64,000 nt of DNA, taken from Octopus vulgaris. Lineage: Eukaryota. The notes below the pieces were generated by a model. That model worked only from the letters and a program-made list of their open reading frames with translations. It was not told where the DNA came from and ran no database searches. Position 1 is the stretch's first letter. Each line of letters starts with the position of its first letter. The translations under genes were made by a program, and so were the position numbers. The stretch is taken from positions 5,332,001-5,396,000 of the forward strand of contig OX597825.1 of NCBI GenBank assembly GCA_951406725.2, given 5' to 3'. This document shows, one piece after another, positions 1-13,620 of this stretch.

Positions 1-551
1 GCTTGAGTTTGTTTAAAAGCTTCGTTGCGCGGTCTTTCCTCTTGTCCCTGATAAATTGGGATAAAAATTGGCCCTTTCTCATCTTGTATGAGGAATACCA
101 AATGTCTTCATGCATTACCTACCTAATAAGAAACTCGGGCACTATGTCCCTGGCGATGGGTCTGATTGACTTGGAGGTATCGTTGTCAATCATGGTGATC
201 TGGATCTCACCAACAAATTCAGGAGTTCTTTTCTGAACAGAACGATCAGAGTGAGTTTTCCGCGCTGCCGTACCTTCGTAATCACCAGTAAACGCATCCA
301 ACTCTTTCCAAATCCTCTCTACTGTCCTCAAATTGACATCCACTCTGGAATGTTCATACTGGAGATTCCGGTGCGGATGTCAAGCAGTACAGCATGTCAT
401 TTCCAAATTTCTGGCAGAGAGAATTGCGTCATGGTGCTGATTTTCCAACAGACGGTGCCCAACTGACCCTACAATACTGTGTAGTCGACAAAAACAAACA
501 AGGCTCATGCGTTAAATTAAAAATATAAAATGGCGACAATTTACCCATCGC

Positions 552-560
<9 letters not shown>
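1..560 (-). mobile_element. Tc1/mariner-superfamily transposon remnant (N-terminal HTH region and terminus)
   Basis: Minus ORF 119-343 (VNLRTVERIWKEL...RSVQKRTPEFVGEIQ...KSIRPIARD) resembles a Tc1-type DNA-binding domain. It is frameshifted and ends at a (TA)n array. Confidence 0.7.
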
Positions 561-597
<37 letters not shown>

Positions 598-599
<2 letters not shown>

Positions 600-690
600 A
601 CGGGCTTCTATCAGTTTCCGTTCTCCAAAATCTAACAAGGTTTGCTCGGCCCGAGACTATAGTAGAAGACACTTGCCCAAGGTGCAAGTA
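598..690 (-). mobile_element. SINE family B fragment
   Basis: Reverse complement of ACCTTGGGCAAGTGTCTTCTACTATAG...GGAAACTGA, as in the fuller copies at 34110, 43495 and 55494. Confidence 0.8.
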
Positions 691-1322
691 ATGCTACAGA
701 GAATAGGCATTTTTTCCCCATACTTCGTCCATACTTTCTTTTTTTCCATTGTGCAGTTTCATATTGAGGAACCTCTATGAATTACAACATTAGCAAAAGC
801 TGAGTTTTATTTTTTGTAGCTTTTGCTGTTATTAATGTTTTTATTGTATTTCTCGATTGAGACAACGTGTGTTTTCAGTTCTGTTTGAAGTACTTTTGGA
901 CTGTAATCATGTTTGCAATAATGATTTTTGTTCAAACGTCATGCTGTCTGACATGTTTTTTAATATATATATTTCTAATGTTTTCGTCTTTGAAAATTAT
1001 TGTGGGGGTGGAGGACCTATTGAATTAATTTCTTTTATTTCTTTATTCAGCATTGTGCTGCATATCTCCACCTACGATCATTGATGTGAGAAAATTCACA
1101 AGTGGCCTTCTAGTTGAAAAATACGCACGCAAAAAAAAAAAGATGTTTTTCCAGCCCAGAAAAACGAGATGGCAGGAGAAATAATCCAAGATGTCCCTTG
1201 TTAGTAAACATAAACAAAAAGGATAACATGTTTATCAACGTGTAACCCAAGAAGAAATCACTTTCTAAGCGAAGCACTGCAAAAAGTTTTTGTTCACCAT
1301 AAACTACTACTGCTACTAGTAG

Positions 1323-1693
1323 TGAAGGTGCAATGCCCTAGACGACTCGCGGTCGTGGGATCGCAGTTTCGATTCCCAGACTGGGCATTTTGAGTGCTTA
1401 TTGAGCAAAAACACCTAAAGCTCCACGAGACTCCGGCAGGAGGTGGTGGTGAACCCTGCTGTATCTGTATTTCAAGTACATGTTCTAGGTACATGCTTTG
1501 TGTACACGACAGGTTGTTTCTGCTGTATCTGTATTTCAAAAAGGGCCAATCTAGTCCCACACTATGTCACGCTGAATCTCCGCGAGAACTACGTTAAGGG
1601 TATACATGTCTGTGGAGTGCTCGGCCACTTGCACGTTAATCTCACGGGCAGGCTGTTCCGTTGATCGGATCGACTGGAACCCTCGTCGCCACA
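1323..1693 (+). mobile_element. tRNA-derived SINE family C with (CTA)n tail
   Basis: B-box-like GTTTCGATTCCC. Matches the minus-strand copy at 23820-24077. Followed by a (CTA)n/(CTG)n array. Confidence 0.75.
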
Positions 1694-1783
<90 letters not shown>

Positions 1784-1785
1784 AT
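1694..1785. repeat. (CTA)n(CTG)n microsatellite
   Basis: Seen directly in the sequence. Confidence 0.95.
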
Positions 1786-2127
1786 TGTACCGTCGTCAGA
1801 AATAACAACAATAAAAATACCAAAAATAATATTAACAACAACAACTACAAACGGATGCTTTGAAATAAACGCTATTCTATCGATTGATGACAGCTGACTT
1901 TGTAAGACAGTCATTTTATACTCGGTTTTGTATGTTCGTCATCAATTTATATAATACTTGATAACCTCCTTTTTAAGACATTTTTACTTTTTCTTTTTCT
2001 ATTCAGATTGAAGCAGCCATATTGACGTAAGTGGGAAAAAGAAATCTTCAAATTCATTGCAGCTGATGCTGCTGTCTTTGTCTTGGTGATGATGATGATG
2101 ATAATAATAACAATAATAATAATAATC

Positions 2128-2340
2128 CTTTCTACTAAAGGCATAATGTCTGAAATTTGGCGGAGGAGCGGGGTTTAGTCGAATACATTAATTACTTTAT
2201 CGCCCCCTCCCCACCAAAGAAAATAAGATGAAAGGCAAAGTCGACCTCGACGGAATTTTAAACTCAGAATGTAGTGACGGGCGAAATACTGCTAAGTATT
2301 TCGCCCAGCTTGCTAACCGTTCTTCCAGCTCGCCTCCTTA
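2128..2340 (-). mobile_element. tRNA-derived SINE family A
   Basis: Reverse complement of GAGCTGG..GTTAGCA..GTTCTGAGTT..GGTCGACTTTGCCTTTCATC. Confidence 0.8.
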
Positions 2341-2372
<32 letters not shown>

Positions 2373-2384
2373 TCTTTATTGGCC

Positions 2385-2400
2385 ACATACACACACATAC

Positions 2401-2431
<31 letters not shown>

Positions 2432-3022
2432 CATACATAAATACATACATACATACATAAATACATAAATACATACATACATACATACATAAATACATAA
2501 ATACATACATACATACATACATAGACACACACATACATACATACATGCATACATGCATTCATACACACACACATACATACATGAATACATACATGCATAC
2601 ATGCATTCATACACACACACATACATACATACATACATACATACATGCATACATGCATTCATACACACACACATACATACATGCATACATACATACATAC
2701 ATACATGCATACATACATGCATACATACATACATACATTCATATATACACACACATACATACAAACATACATGCATATATACATTCATGCATGCATGCAT
2801 AACTACATACATACTTGCATGCTTCCATAAACACATGCATACCTACATACATACATACATACATACATACATACACACATACATACATACATATATACAT
2901 ACATACACACATACATACACACATACATACATACATATATACATACATAAATACCTACATTCATACATAAATACCTACATTCATACATACATACATACAT
3001 ACATACATACACACATACATAC
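2385..3022. repeat. Degenerate (CATA)n microsatellite
   Basis: Seen directly; it produces the MYVC/HTYI pseudo-ORFs. Confidence 0.95.
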
Positions 3023-3989
3023 ATGGAGGTTGCTTCATCTTCACACGTGACTGTCGTTGCCTTCTGCTTCGTCACTGTCAATAGCATTTCTGACCTTCCG
3101 TCCATGACCCCCCTCACATCTGCATGTCCTGAAGCGCAGATGTCAAAACAAACGTTGTGACTTCTACTGAATTGATCAGGCTGCTTTATGGCGTAAGGTG
3201 CTTCCCCGATTTAAACTTTAAAAGTTTATGACCCGAAGCTGGAGCGTTCTTGGTCCACCCATGTCAATAAATATTCACAAGAAAAATATTTTAGGCACGT
3301 TATTTAAAATGTGAAAACCACTGCTTTGCATTCGGCAACAATCTAATTCTTAATGAAACGGTTCATATTGGTACATAATACATCGACTGATGAGGGCCGA
3401 GTTTATACTGCTAATGCTTTACTATACATATGTATGAGTGGGGGTGTGCGCGTGTGTGTGTTTGCATGTAAAGGCTTCTTTGATTATTTGTCTATGTGTG
3501 TGATCGGAATATAATTTATTTTCCATTTTCAAAGAAAATTTTTAATAACTTAACGTAAACAGTTTGTGCGAAAATAGCACGCTGATAAAACTCGGGTGCG
3601 GACCACTTCACGGGTGATAGAGAATACACCGAAAGATGAAGCGTGACAGTGAATACATCACACATACAAAATAATCCTGCATTCATAGGTCATTGAAATG
3701 ACGTAAGGGCCATGATTAACGTTGAATATGTAAATTTAAAATAAGGAGAAAAAACTACGAGACAACGATTAAGTTTTGTAAAAACAAAGCAAAATGAATG
3801 ATAATGACAGCATCACTTTTGTTTTTACATGTGTATATTCGTTATGGTTGTTTTTATTATTATTTGCGAGTTCCGATATTTGAATACGTATCTTTATATG
3901 AAGATAAACGCGTGTTTATTTTGGCAAATAGATCATTACATAAGATCCGTAACAACAGCAACAACAACAATAATAATGACAACAATATT

Positions 3990-4372
3990 GGTTTCAAATT
4001 TTGACTCAAAGTCAGTGCTCAGCTGGTACTTACTTTAACGACCTCGAAAGGGGTGAAAGGCTAAGTCAACCTCGGCAGAACGTAAAGACAAACGAAATTC
4101 CTCTAAGCATTTTGCCCATCGTGCTAACGATTCTTATTTCTTTATTGCCCACAAGGGGATAAACATAGGTGGGGGGGGGGCAAACAAGGACAGACAAACG
4201 GATTAAGTCGATTACATCGACCTCAGTGCGTAACTGGTACTTAATTTATCGACCCCGAAACGATGAAAGGCAAAGTCGACCTCGGCGGAATTTGAACTCA
4301 GAACGGAGCGGCAGACGGAATTCCGCTAAGCATTTTCCCCAGCATGCTAACGATTCTGCCAGCTCGCAACCT
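3990..4372 (-). mobile_element. SINE family A dimer (tail-2 copy followed by a 5'-truncated tail-1 copy)
   Basis: Head at 4372-4290, core GCCTTTCATC..GGGGTCGATAAA, tail CCCCTTGTGGGCAATAAAGAAAT, then the SINE restarts at GAATCGTTAGC. Confidence 0.85.
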
Positions 4373-4789
4373 TAATAACGACACAAATTTTATTGGCCAT
4401 ATTGGCACCCAAGACGTTGAGAACAATATCAAAGAAAAAAATACAAAACGCAAAAAGGTGGGGGTTGACGTCGATCAAAAGGAGCCAACAACAACAACAA
4501 CAATAAGGGTATAACAAAACATGTAGGAAATAGAATTAAGAAAAATAAGTAACTAGATAAATAAATAGAAGCTTCACTATTGGGGTAAGTCCTCTTAGGG
4601 TAATTCGATGGAAAACCCTACACGTAATTTCCCAGCTTACTCTGCCATCTCAGATCACGGGAGCCAGTCGATTAAATTGACCCCAGTACGGAAATGGTAT
4701 TTAGTTAATCGAACCCGGAAAGATGAAAGGCAAAGTCGACCTTGGTGGTGGTGGTGGTGCTGCTGCTGCTGCTGCTGGTGTTGGTGGGT

Positions 4790-5476
4790 TTTTTTATTAA
4801 CTATTTAGGGTTTACAGAAATAGCAAAAACTGTAAGGGCGATACCATACAATACGATATGATAAGGAGTTACATGAAAGTGTAAACAGTATACTAGCAAC
4901 ATCAAAGAAAATTCAAGAAAATTCCAAGAAGAAAAATTCCCACGAAATGGAGGGGACTTCCGAGGGCAGATGTGATATCCTCACTGAACTGGGTTGCTCT
5001 GACGCCCTCAGTCTACAGACGCATATTCAGAGCAGGACCGTTCACTCGGACCGTCCTTACGGCATTCTTCTATCCTTCAGCAAATTTAGTGGACGGTAGC
5101 AGCACTTCCCTCACTACCTTTACAAGTGGAACTTGAAACAATTGATGAGGTCTTGACTAAACAGGAAAGTGTCTGCCTTCAGTTCTTTCATTCTAGTCCA
5201 ATGCACAACCTCTTTCGATAAGACCACCAGTCGGATGAAGTCTGTTTGCCCTTCCCGGCCAACTGAGTGGGCCGATAGCCGGATCCGTCCTACACGTGAC
5301 AGCAGATGTTCGACATGAACAGGAAAGTGTCTGCCTTCAACACTTTCATTCTAGTCCAATTCGCAACCTCTTTCGCTAAGACCACCAATCAGATAAAGTC
5401 TGTTTGCCCTTCCCGGTCATTGGAGTGAGCTGATAACCGGATCCGTCCTACACGTGACAGCAGGTGTTCGACATAA
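4790..5476 (-). mobile_element. L1/Tx1-like LINE ORF2 C-terminus and 3'UTR remnant
   Basis: Minus translation VEHLLSRVGRIRLS..REGQTDFIRLVVLSKEVVHWTRMK..LINCFKFHL..VRVNGPALNMRL*, with stops. Contains an internal duplication of about 159 bp. Confidence 0.65.
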
Positions 5477-5559
5477 ACCCACATGTTAGCAACGCTCGGG
5501 TACTGGCTGAGCAGTTTTGTAACCCTACGTGCATCTCGAGAAATACGCAGGTTGTGAGC

Positions 5560-5835
5560 AATGAAGAGAGTGGACGTGATACCAGTAGTAATTGGTGCAC
5601 TTGGAAGTATCAGTACTTAACTACCAACATGGTTCTAAAAGATTGCTACAAATGTAAAGATAGAACGCCTATAAAAATCTTCATTGCTTAAAACTGCAAG
5701 ATTTTTCCACAGAGTTCTTGAAGCATGATCAGTAAACAAGTGTCACCTTAGTCTACGGGGTTGACACTTACTTACAGTTGACACTTACTATCAAACCCAG
5801 CAAAATAAGCTGAGAATTTTCATCAAATAATAATA
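5560..5835 (+). mobile_element. R4/Dong-like LINE 3' end (RLE domain C-terminus)
   Basis: Translation RVDVIPVVIGALGSIS..LLKTARIFHRVLEA*, then a short 3'UTR ending in TAA repeats. Confidence 0.7.
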
Positions 5836-5837
5836 CA

Positions 5838-6306
5838 AGATCATAGATATTGCAATACCTGGAGATGCACGCATAAGTGTCAAAGAACTAGAAAAGATAG
5901 AAAGTACAGACTTCTCAAAGACGAAATTGCAAGAATGTGGACAATGAGGATAGTGTCTGTCTATCCAGTTGTTGTAGGGGCACTCGGAACCCTAACAACC
6001 AAATTCGAGAAATATGTCAAAGATATCGGAATTGACATGAGAGCAGAGCAAGGCCAAAAAGTTGGTCTGTCGGGAACATCTAGGATTTTGAGAATGGTTC
6101 TTGCGTGTTGAATGTCTCTCGCGATAGTTAACAACCAAGTATCAATGTGCGGAAAGAGACCCCGTGAGACCTCTGGCAGCGGGCTGTCGTTCGATCTCCC
6201 AGGATCTACCAGAACAAACAAGACCGAATGCTTTGAGAAGTAAAACAACAACAACAACAACAACAACAAAAATAATAATAATGATAATAATAATAATAAC
6301 AATAAT
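5838..6306 (+). mobile_element. Second R4/Dong-like LINE 3' end with (CAA)n(TAA)n tail
   Basis: Translation IIDIAIPGDARISVKELEKI..KDEIARMW..YPVVVGALGTL..GTSRILRMVL, the pattern of a restriction-like endonuclease C-terminus. Confidence 0.8.
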
Positions 6307-6769
6307 TCTTTATTTACCAAAACCGAGAAAAATGCAGCAGAACAAGAGAAAACAAAGAAAAGAAACGGAGACAAAACCAGAAAAATGGAGCAATTTTAGT
6401 TATAAAAGCGATTTAATATAAACTATATAACAATTAAAATATGAAAAAAACCCATTTAATGGGTTAACTCTTTCTTTCACCCCCTCAAAGAATGTGTGGG
6501 TAGCATAAGAGAAACAATAAGAGTTCACAATACCACAAAAATTCCTGAACTCTGTGTAAATGCCCTCTCTTAGATCTAGACTAGTAGCGAAAGCACATCA
6601 ATGCTACCATTCTCCCTTTCTGCTTAATAACATTAACTGTATACAATGTTTGTGGCCTATATATTACAATAATGTATTATAGTATTGTATTACAGACAGG
6701 CACTGTTTACAATAGGGAGCACGTTTCAGAGAACATTAATACGTGCTACTAGGTTACAGACCAACTGTA

Positions 6770-7275
<506 letters not shown>

Positions 7276-7729
7276 CTGAAGTAAGATTCAGGAAATAAAG
7301 AGAAACGAGAAAAGGGAAATGGAAATAAAATAAAATGGCAGTGGTTGTTTTAAAAGAACACCTATATAATAGAGTCTGTTGAGCAACGGACTAAATGCTG
7401 TGCGGTGTTGAATGGGGTTGTTTCAGTTTCTGAGTTCAAATCCTTCTGAAGTCAGCTGCCCTTTAAATCTTTCCATAGTCGATAAAATAAGTATTAGTTG
7501 AAGATTGAAATCGGTGAAATTGACTGTAGTCTGCCCCAAAACGTGCGACCTTATGGAGAAGGTGTCTTCTTATTGGTGTCGTATAGCTTGAAAGTCAATT
7601 TGTCAACACTGTTCTAATGGGACAGGAGCAAAGATTAACCCAAACATCAGGTAGGCTTGCATCTCCTCAACTAGAGAGAGAGAGAGGGGAGAGTGAGAGA
7701 CAGACAGAGAGTGGTAAGTGGGACATTGC

Positions 7730-8510
7730 TAGCAATTTATGTCGGTCTGGACCTGGTTAAAGAAATAGGATGTGAAAAACACTGTCCCTGAAATGACGGG
7801 CTAGGATGCCGAACGCTCTCATCGCTTCTCTTATTTATTAGCGCCTGACTGTCGTGCCTTGTCCCAGTCCTTATCAGACCAGATTGGTCTTTTCGTACAC
7901 CAGACGCATTTCACTATGAAGAGGGTAGCTTCGGTAGAATGTGATTGATCGATTGTCAGACGTACACAGAGATTGTGATACCTGCAGAGATTCCTGGGCG
8001 GTGAGCTCATTGTCAGCTCGCCTCTTTGAGGAAATGCAGTCTCGGATCAACATAGGGTCTGGGAAGCCCTCTGTTCATAAATACAGAATTCTACTCGTCA
8101 GGTGATGCACTTGGAAAGTTTCACGTTAGAATTCTATCATGCAGGAGAAGAAACTCAGTGTGTTAGTAAGAATCAAGTATCTGCACTTGTCCTTGTTTGT
8201 CCCCTCTATGTTTAGCCCCTTGTGGGCAATAAAGAAATAAGAATCAAGTGTCTGCACTTTTTTCGAAGAAATTTCAACCCTAGAACTATGGGTAACTTCC
8301 TGAAATTTTTGATCATGCATTGCTACCAGGAATATTGATGGTTCAAGACAAATTCTATATTCAAATAATTGACGTCAGTCTGCCCCGTCAGTGATATGTT
8401 TGGTAATGAAACAGTTCTGCACGCTCGCGTTCAATAGGCTAGCTTAATTGATATGTGAAGTTTTATTGAACAGCTGTTGTCACATGTAGGACATATTCGA
8501 TTATCGGTGG
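7730..8510 (+). mobile_element. Degenerate L1/Tx1-like ORF2 fragment (post-RT, zf-RVT region)
   Basis: Contains GLGMP-like, NETVLHARVQ and IEQLLSHVGHIRLS motifs; the last matches the 5.3 kb copy. Many stops. Confidence 0.6.
8167..8259 (+). mobile_element. 5'-truncated SINE A tail-2 insertion with a 22-bp target-site duplication
   Basis: TAAGAATCAAGT(A/G)TCTGCACTT occurs at 8167-8188 and 8238-8259, flanking ...TTTAGCCCCTTGTGGGCAATAAAGAAA. Confidence 0.85.
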
Positions 8511-9143
8511 GATCTTCCCCCACCGCCTTCCCAGGTTCTCTAATAGACGCAACTGAAAGAACTGAAGACAGGCACATTTCCTGTCCATCAAACTCTCCCT
8601 CATTGATTTTTCAAGCTTCATTTGGAGAGTAAAGTGGAGAGAAAGTTCAAGGCGCAAAGAAAGAATCTGCTCTACTGGGTTTAAAATGGAAAGGGTCACC
8701 GGAATTTTTGGCCCCTGCCCTTCAGATTCTCACTGATATTATGCTAGTGACACTGCGACACTTCTTACACATTCATCCGTTCCCATCACATCATCCATCT
8801 TCTATCCATCTCGCCCACCCAGGCCTCAGATTAATCACCACATGCAGTTATACTTTTCTAGAACATTACCCACTTAGGAATTAGATAGATAAACAGACAG
8901 ATAGGTAGCTAGGGAGAGATAAATCAAACATATAACTATTCATATAGAGGTATGTGTATATGAATGTATATATATATATATATATATAATTGTGTCTGGG
9001 GAGAGCTATTCTCTTTTAGCGCCTTATTATTCTACACACTCACTGGTTAGATTTTCACTCATCTATTTATTCACTTAGACAAATACGAAATATATGTGTG
9101 GGTGGGGTGCGTACAGGCGTATGTATACATACATACTTACATA

Positions 9144-9236
<93 letters not shown>

Positions 9237-9944
9237 AGTAATGTATTTGTAACAATGTAACTCATACAATAAAGTATAGCCTTTTACTGTTTACAGAAGT
9301 ATTGTTATTAGAATAGGTAAACTATATATGTGTGTGTGCGTGTATGTGCTTGTGTATGTGTGTGCATGTGTGTGTATGTTTATGTTTATACATGGACAAT
9401 ATGAAGGCTGCACAGACGAAAGTGGGGCATATGTGTATGACGTCACATATGTTCAACCTACCAGCTGTCTTCATCTCACGCTTGGAAAATGCGACGTTAT
9501 ATAAGCCTCGGCTTTATTCGGTTAGTTTGATATAGAAAACAATAGAACCGTTGGTGAACACCCAAACACTGAAGCTCTGACGTAAATTAATAGTTTTTTT
9601 CTAATGTTGTTTCGCATTAGTTTTTATATTCTTTCGCTTGGTCTATTGTTATTTAAATACCTTTTACAAAGAGAAGTAACATACTAATGTATTTAAAATG
9701 TCATTTATAGATAGTACGAGAAACACCACTCGCCTGGTGGGCTTCTCCGACTTTGTTTCACATATATGTATATATATTCTTTTATCTTCTTTTACTTGCT
9801 TCAGTCATTAGACTGCGGCCATGCTAGAGCACCACCTTGAAATTTTAGTCGAATAAATCGACCCCAGCACTTCCTTTTTATAGCATGGTAGCTATTCTAT
9901 CGATTTCAAACGGTAGGTAAAAAACGTATATATATATATGCTCA

Positions 9945-10120
9945 AAATAAGCAACAAGGATATCCAAGGTAGAGTAGTACAATCGTTTCATGAAACGATT
10001 GTACTACTCTACCTTGGATATCCTTGCTGCTTATTTGGATTATAATCACCCCTTTTGATTTATATGGATAATACCATACAAAATTCTGGTGCCTTTAACT
10101 TAAGTACCATATTCATCTGT
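9945..10120. mobile_element. Fold-back Penelope-like terminus (46-bp-arm palindrome at 9945-10036 plus tail)
   Basis: Loopless palindrome with 1 mismatch. The tail at 10065-10118 is the reverse-complement homologue of 30418-30472. Flanked by (TA)n. Confidence 0.65.
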
Positions 10121-10162
10121 GTATATATATATAATATATTATATTATGTTATATATATATAT

Positions 10163-10413
10163 ATATTCTATAATTATAAACATAATTATTATCAGGGGTC
10201 GGCTAATTGCTTCCCCATGCACTGAATTTAGAAATAGGAGTTAAAATGCCTTTTCTGCTACTATAAGGATCTCCCAGAGTAAAAAAATTGTGTTATTGTC
10301 TGGGAGATCTTTATAGTACCAGGAAAGTTATTTAACTCCTATTTCTAAATATGGTGCGTGGTGAAGCAATTAGCTGACCCCTGATTATAATTATGTTTAT
10401 AATTATAGAATAT
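10163..10413. repeat. Long inverted repeat (arms about 115 bp) next to (TA)n
   Basis: ATTCTATAATTATAAACATAATTAT..TCAGGGGTC pairs with GACCCCTGA..ATAATTATGTTTATAATTATAGAAT. Confidence 0.9.
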
Positions 10414-10524
10414 TTGCATAATTTTACCTAAGAAAGGTTATTTTAACGTACCGAACTACTTGGTAAAATTATTAATTAATAATTAATTAATTTTAACTTT
10501 TTATTATTAGATAGATAGGTAGAT

Positions 10525-10607
<83 letters not shown>

Positions 10608-11244
10608 GCTCTGCGATCACGTTGTCACCTGATGCGTGACACAGTGTGCACCTGTTCAGGCAACGTCAATTTGAAGAAGAATGTGAGGTAGTGTTCGACA
10701 CGAACATTTGATCACTATAAACAAATCATTTGTTCAGGTCATTCGGCAAAAGCTGAATGCTCATACATTGTCTGCGACAAGGTAGTCCATTATATATATA
10801 TATATATATATGCCATTTTTAGCATGTAAGGAGTCCTATCAGTGGTCTTCTCTTTGGGTATAACAATATTTTATACACTCTTATATATATATTTTTTCTA
10901 ATTTATATATATATATATATTATATTTTGTGAAAATTGAATTTTTCCCTGTAAGTTTGGAATAATATTCCCCCATATTACTATATATATATATATATAAA
11001 AGTTAGCGATTAGAATAACTGTCTAATAGTATCCGTTTTTACTATCAGTATCATTTACCTATGTTAACCCTGGGCATGGGTATACAAGCACACTACGCCC
11101 ATAGGGTACAGGTAACAACAGAATAAACAAAAGTTTATCAGGAATCAAATATAAATAATCAGAATGTGGAGAAAACTTTAGATCAACAAACAAATTGACC
11201 AACATCAGTTCAATATTTTTAATAGAAAACATGACATAGCATTT

Positions 11245-11356
11245 CTTACGGCCGTTTCTGCTGCCAATATTAGTCGGTCCTTGCGAAAGAAATACCGAAA
11301 ATAATATTCGCCATCTTCATAGCACATTCGATCTAGTACATGGAGCTTCGTCAGAG
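11245..11356 (-). ncRNA. Degenerate hammerhead ribozyme motif with long stem II
   Basis: Minus strand reads CUGACGA-AGCUCC..(about 90 nt)..GCAGCA-GAAA-CGGCCG-UA. Stem III is palindromic (ACGGCCGU); stem I is weak. Confidence 0.5.
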
Positions 11357-11529
11357 TGAATACAAATGCATGAAATAAAATAAACGAAAGGAATTCTGCC
11401 AGCTCGCCGCCTTAATCGAAGTAAATATTGCAAACTTGAAAGAGCTAACAATCTACAGCTATGGGATGATACTTTATTTTATCGAATACGAAAGGATGAA
11501 AGATGAAATTAATCTAGACATATGGAAAC

Positions 11530-11890
11530 CATGAGGTTTGGGGTTCAGTCCCGGTGTGCGATACATTAGACCGGTGTCTTTTGCTATAGCCCCAGACCGA
11601 CCGATGCCTTGTTAGTGAATTTTATATATGGAAACTGTGAGGAGGCCTGTTGTGTACAATATACATGTGTGTGTGTGTTTGTGTTGGCATTTACTACTGC
11701 TTGACAACCGGTATTGGTTTGTTTACGTTCCTTTAATTTAACCGGATCGGTTAAAAAATAGAAATAAATACAGGGGGTGGGATGGGTGTTTGTTGTAGAA
11801 TTTATTCGACAAAAAAATCCTTCAGAGCAGTGCACTAGCATGGCCGCAGTCGAATGACTGGAAAAACAAAACAAGTAAAGATAAAAGAAC
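11530..11890 (+). mobile_element. SINE family B (diverged)
   Basis: GGTTCAGTCCC..GTGTCTTTTGCTATAGCC..GGAAACTG..GCATGGCCGCAGTC. Confidence 0.75.
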
Positions 11891-12783
11891 TGGGAGGACC
11901 AGTGCACGACAGTTCGTCCCAACTTGCTAACCAGTCTGCGAACTGCCCACCACCTACAAAGGAGAAACCTACGGGAATATTGAATTAAAAGAAATCTCAT
12001 AAGAGTGTAATTAGGGTGCCTTCAGGTAAATTTCTACTTTATCCATAGAAGAATATATGAAGTATATAGACAGAAATCAGCAGGTGGTAAATCTGGCAGA
12101 CAGGGCGGATGCAGAGGCGATACCATGTTGTGTTTGGCGATAAACCCATGAGTGAAGAGGACTCGTGCGCATGTGTGTGTGTATCTGTCTGTCTTTCTTT
12201 GTATCTGTGTTTGACCCCCGCCAATGCCCGACCACCGGTATTCTACTTTATCCATAGAAGAATATATAAAGTATATGTAAAACCATTTACGTGTGTGGCC
12301 TATATCTCATAAAATATAAAAAGGGCATTCACCCGCACGGTCTGTAGGAGTTGATCGATAAAGAATACACAGGAGATTCAGGTTTCCAATGGATTTGTTT
12401 CTCTCTTTACAAGGAGAGAATTTCTGAAGATTTTCAGCTGTTTTTGTAAAAAAATTCATAGATACTTGTACTATACCACCACACACACATACACTCTTAC
12501 AATGCTACACGTCTATCAATGCTATATACACCTATACTTTTATACAATACCACGCACATATATATACACCCCTACAATACCTTATACATACACCTATCAA
12601 TGAAAAATACATAGACATTTATAACACACACATATATATATGTACACTTCTACAATTTTATACACATGTCCAAACAGCTATAACATACCACACACACATA
12701 TACACTTCTACAACATCATAAGTATAAACGCTAAAACCCTTCACATATATACAGAGTTATACAATATCACACGCATACATAAA

Positions 12784-13105
12784 TACGTGGTGGTATGAAA
12801 AGTTATTGGACTAGTTATGTTTAATAAAAAAAATAACTTATTTACCTTTGAAATAGTCACCTTGTGCAGCAAAACGCCCGTCGCAGCGTTCCTGCCACTT
12901 TTGGAATACGGCCTAGAAGTCATTTTCCGTAAGCATGTCAAGGACCTGTTGTGATTCTCTCTGGATCTCGATAACGGTGTTAAAACGGCGACCTTTGAGC
13001 AAAATTTTCATCTTGGGAAAGAGATGGAAGTCGGCAGGGGCTAAATCCAGGAAACATGGCGGATACAGAGGCGATACTATGTTGTATTTTGGCGATAAAC
13101 CTGAG
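12784..13105 (-). mobile_element. Mariner transposase C-terminus and terminal inverted repeat (TIR) remnant
   Basis: PLYPPCFLDLAPADFHLFPKMKILLKGRRF resembles HPPYSPDLAPSDF. Terminus TACGTGGTGGTATGAAAAGTT. Confidence 0.85.
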
Positions 13106-13414
13106 TGAAGAGAGCTCGTGTGTGTGAGTGTCTTTGTATCTGTGTTTGACCCCCGCCAATTCTCGACCACCGGTACTGGCGTGTTTATGTCCCTGTAACT
13201 TAGCGGGTAGGGTAAAGGAAATAAATTCTTCAAGGCGTTGCCTCAGACTGGCCACGGTCTACTGACTGAAGCAAGTAAGAGGTAAAAGATTGACAATATA
13301 AATATCCATAATGTGTTTAAAACCGAGCAGTATTCTCATGAAGTAATTTCATTATTTCTGATACTCAATATGGCGAAACACACAAGGATACTTAATACTG
13401 TATTGTCATATTAG

Positions 13415-13620
13415 TTTCAAATTTTGGCACAAGGCCAGCAATTTCGAGTTCGAGGAACTAAGTCGATTTCATCGACGCCTTTGCTTAACTGGTATTTATT
13501 TTATCGACTCTGAAAGGATGAAAGGCAAAGTCGAACCCAGTGGAATTTGAACCCAGAACTTACAGACGGATGCTGCTAAGTATTTTGCCCGCGTGCTAAC
13601 GATTCTGCCAACTTACCGAC
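13415..13620 (-). mobile_element. SINE family A
   Basis: Reverse-complement core AAAGGATGAAAGGCAAAGTCG and head GCTAACGATTCTGCCA. Confidence 0.8.

Noticed and set aside
2264-3117. Long ORFs rich in MYVC/HTYI (and similar YI, LSIY and CV ORFs throughout)
   Set aside because: They are translations of stop-free microsatellites.
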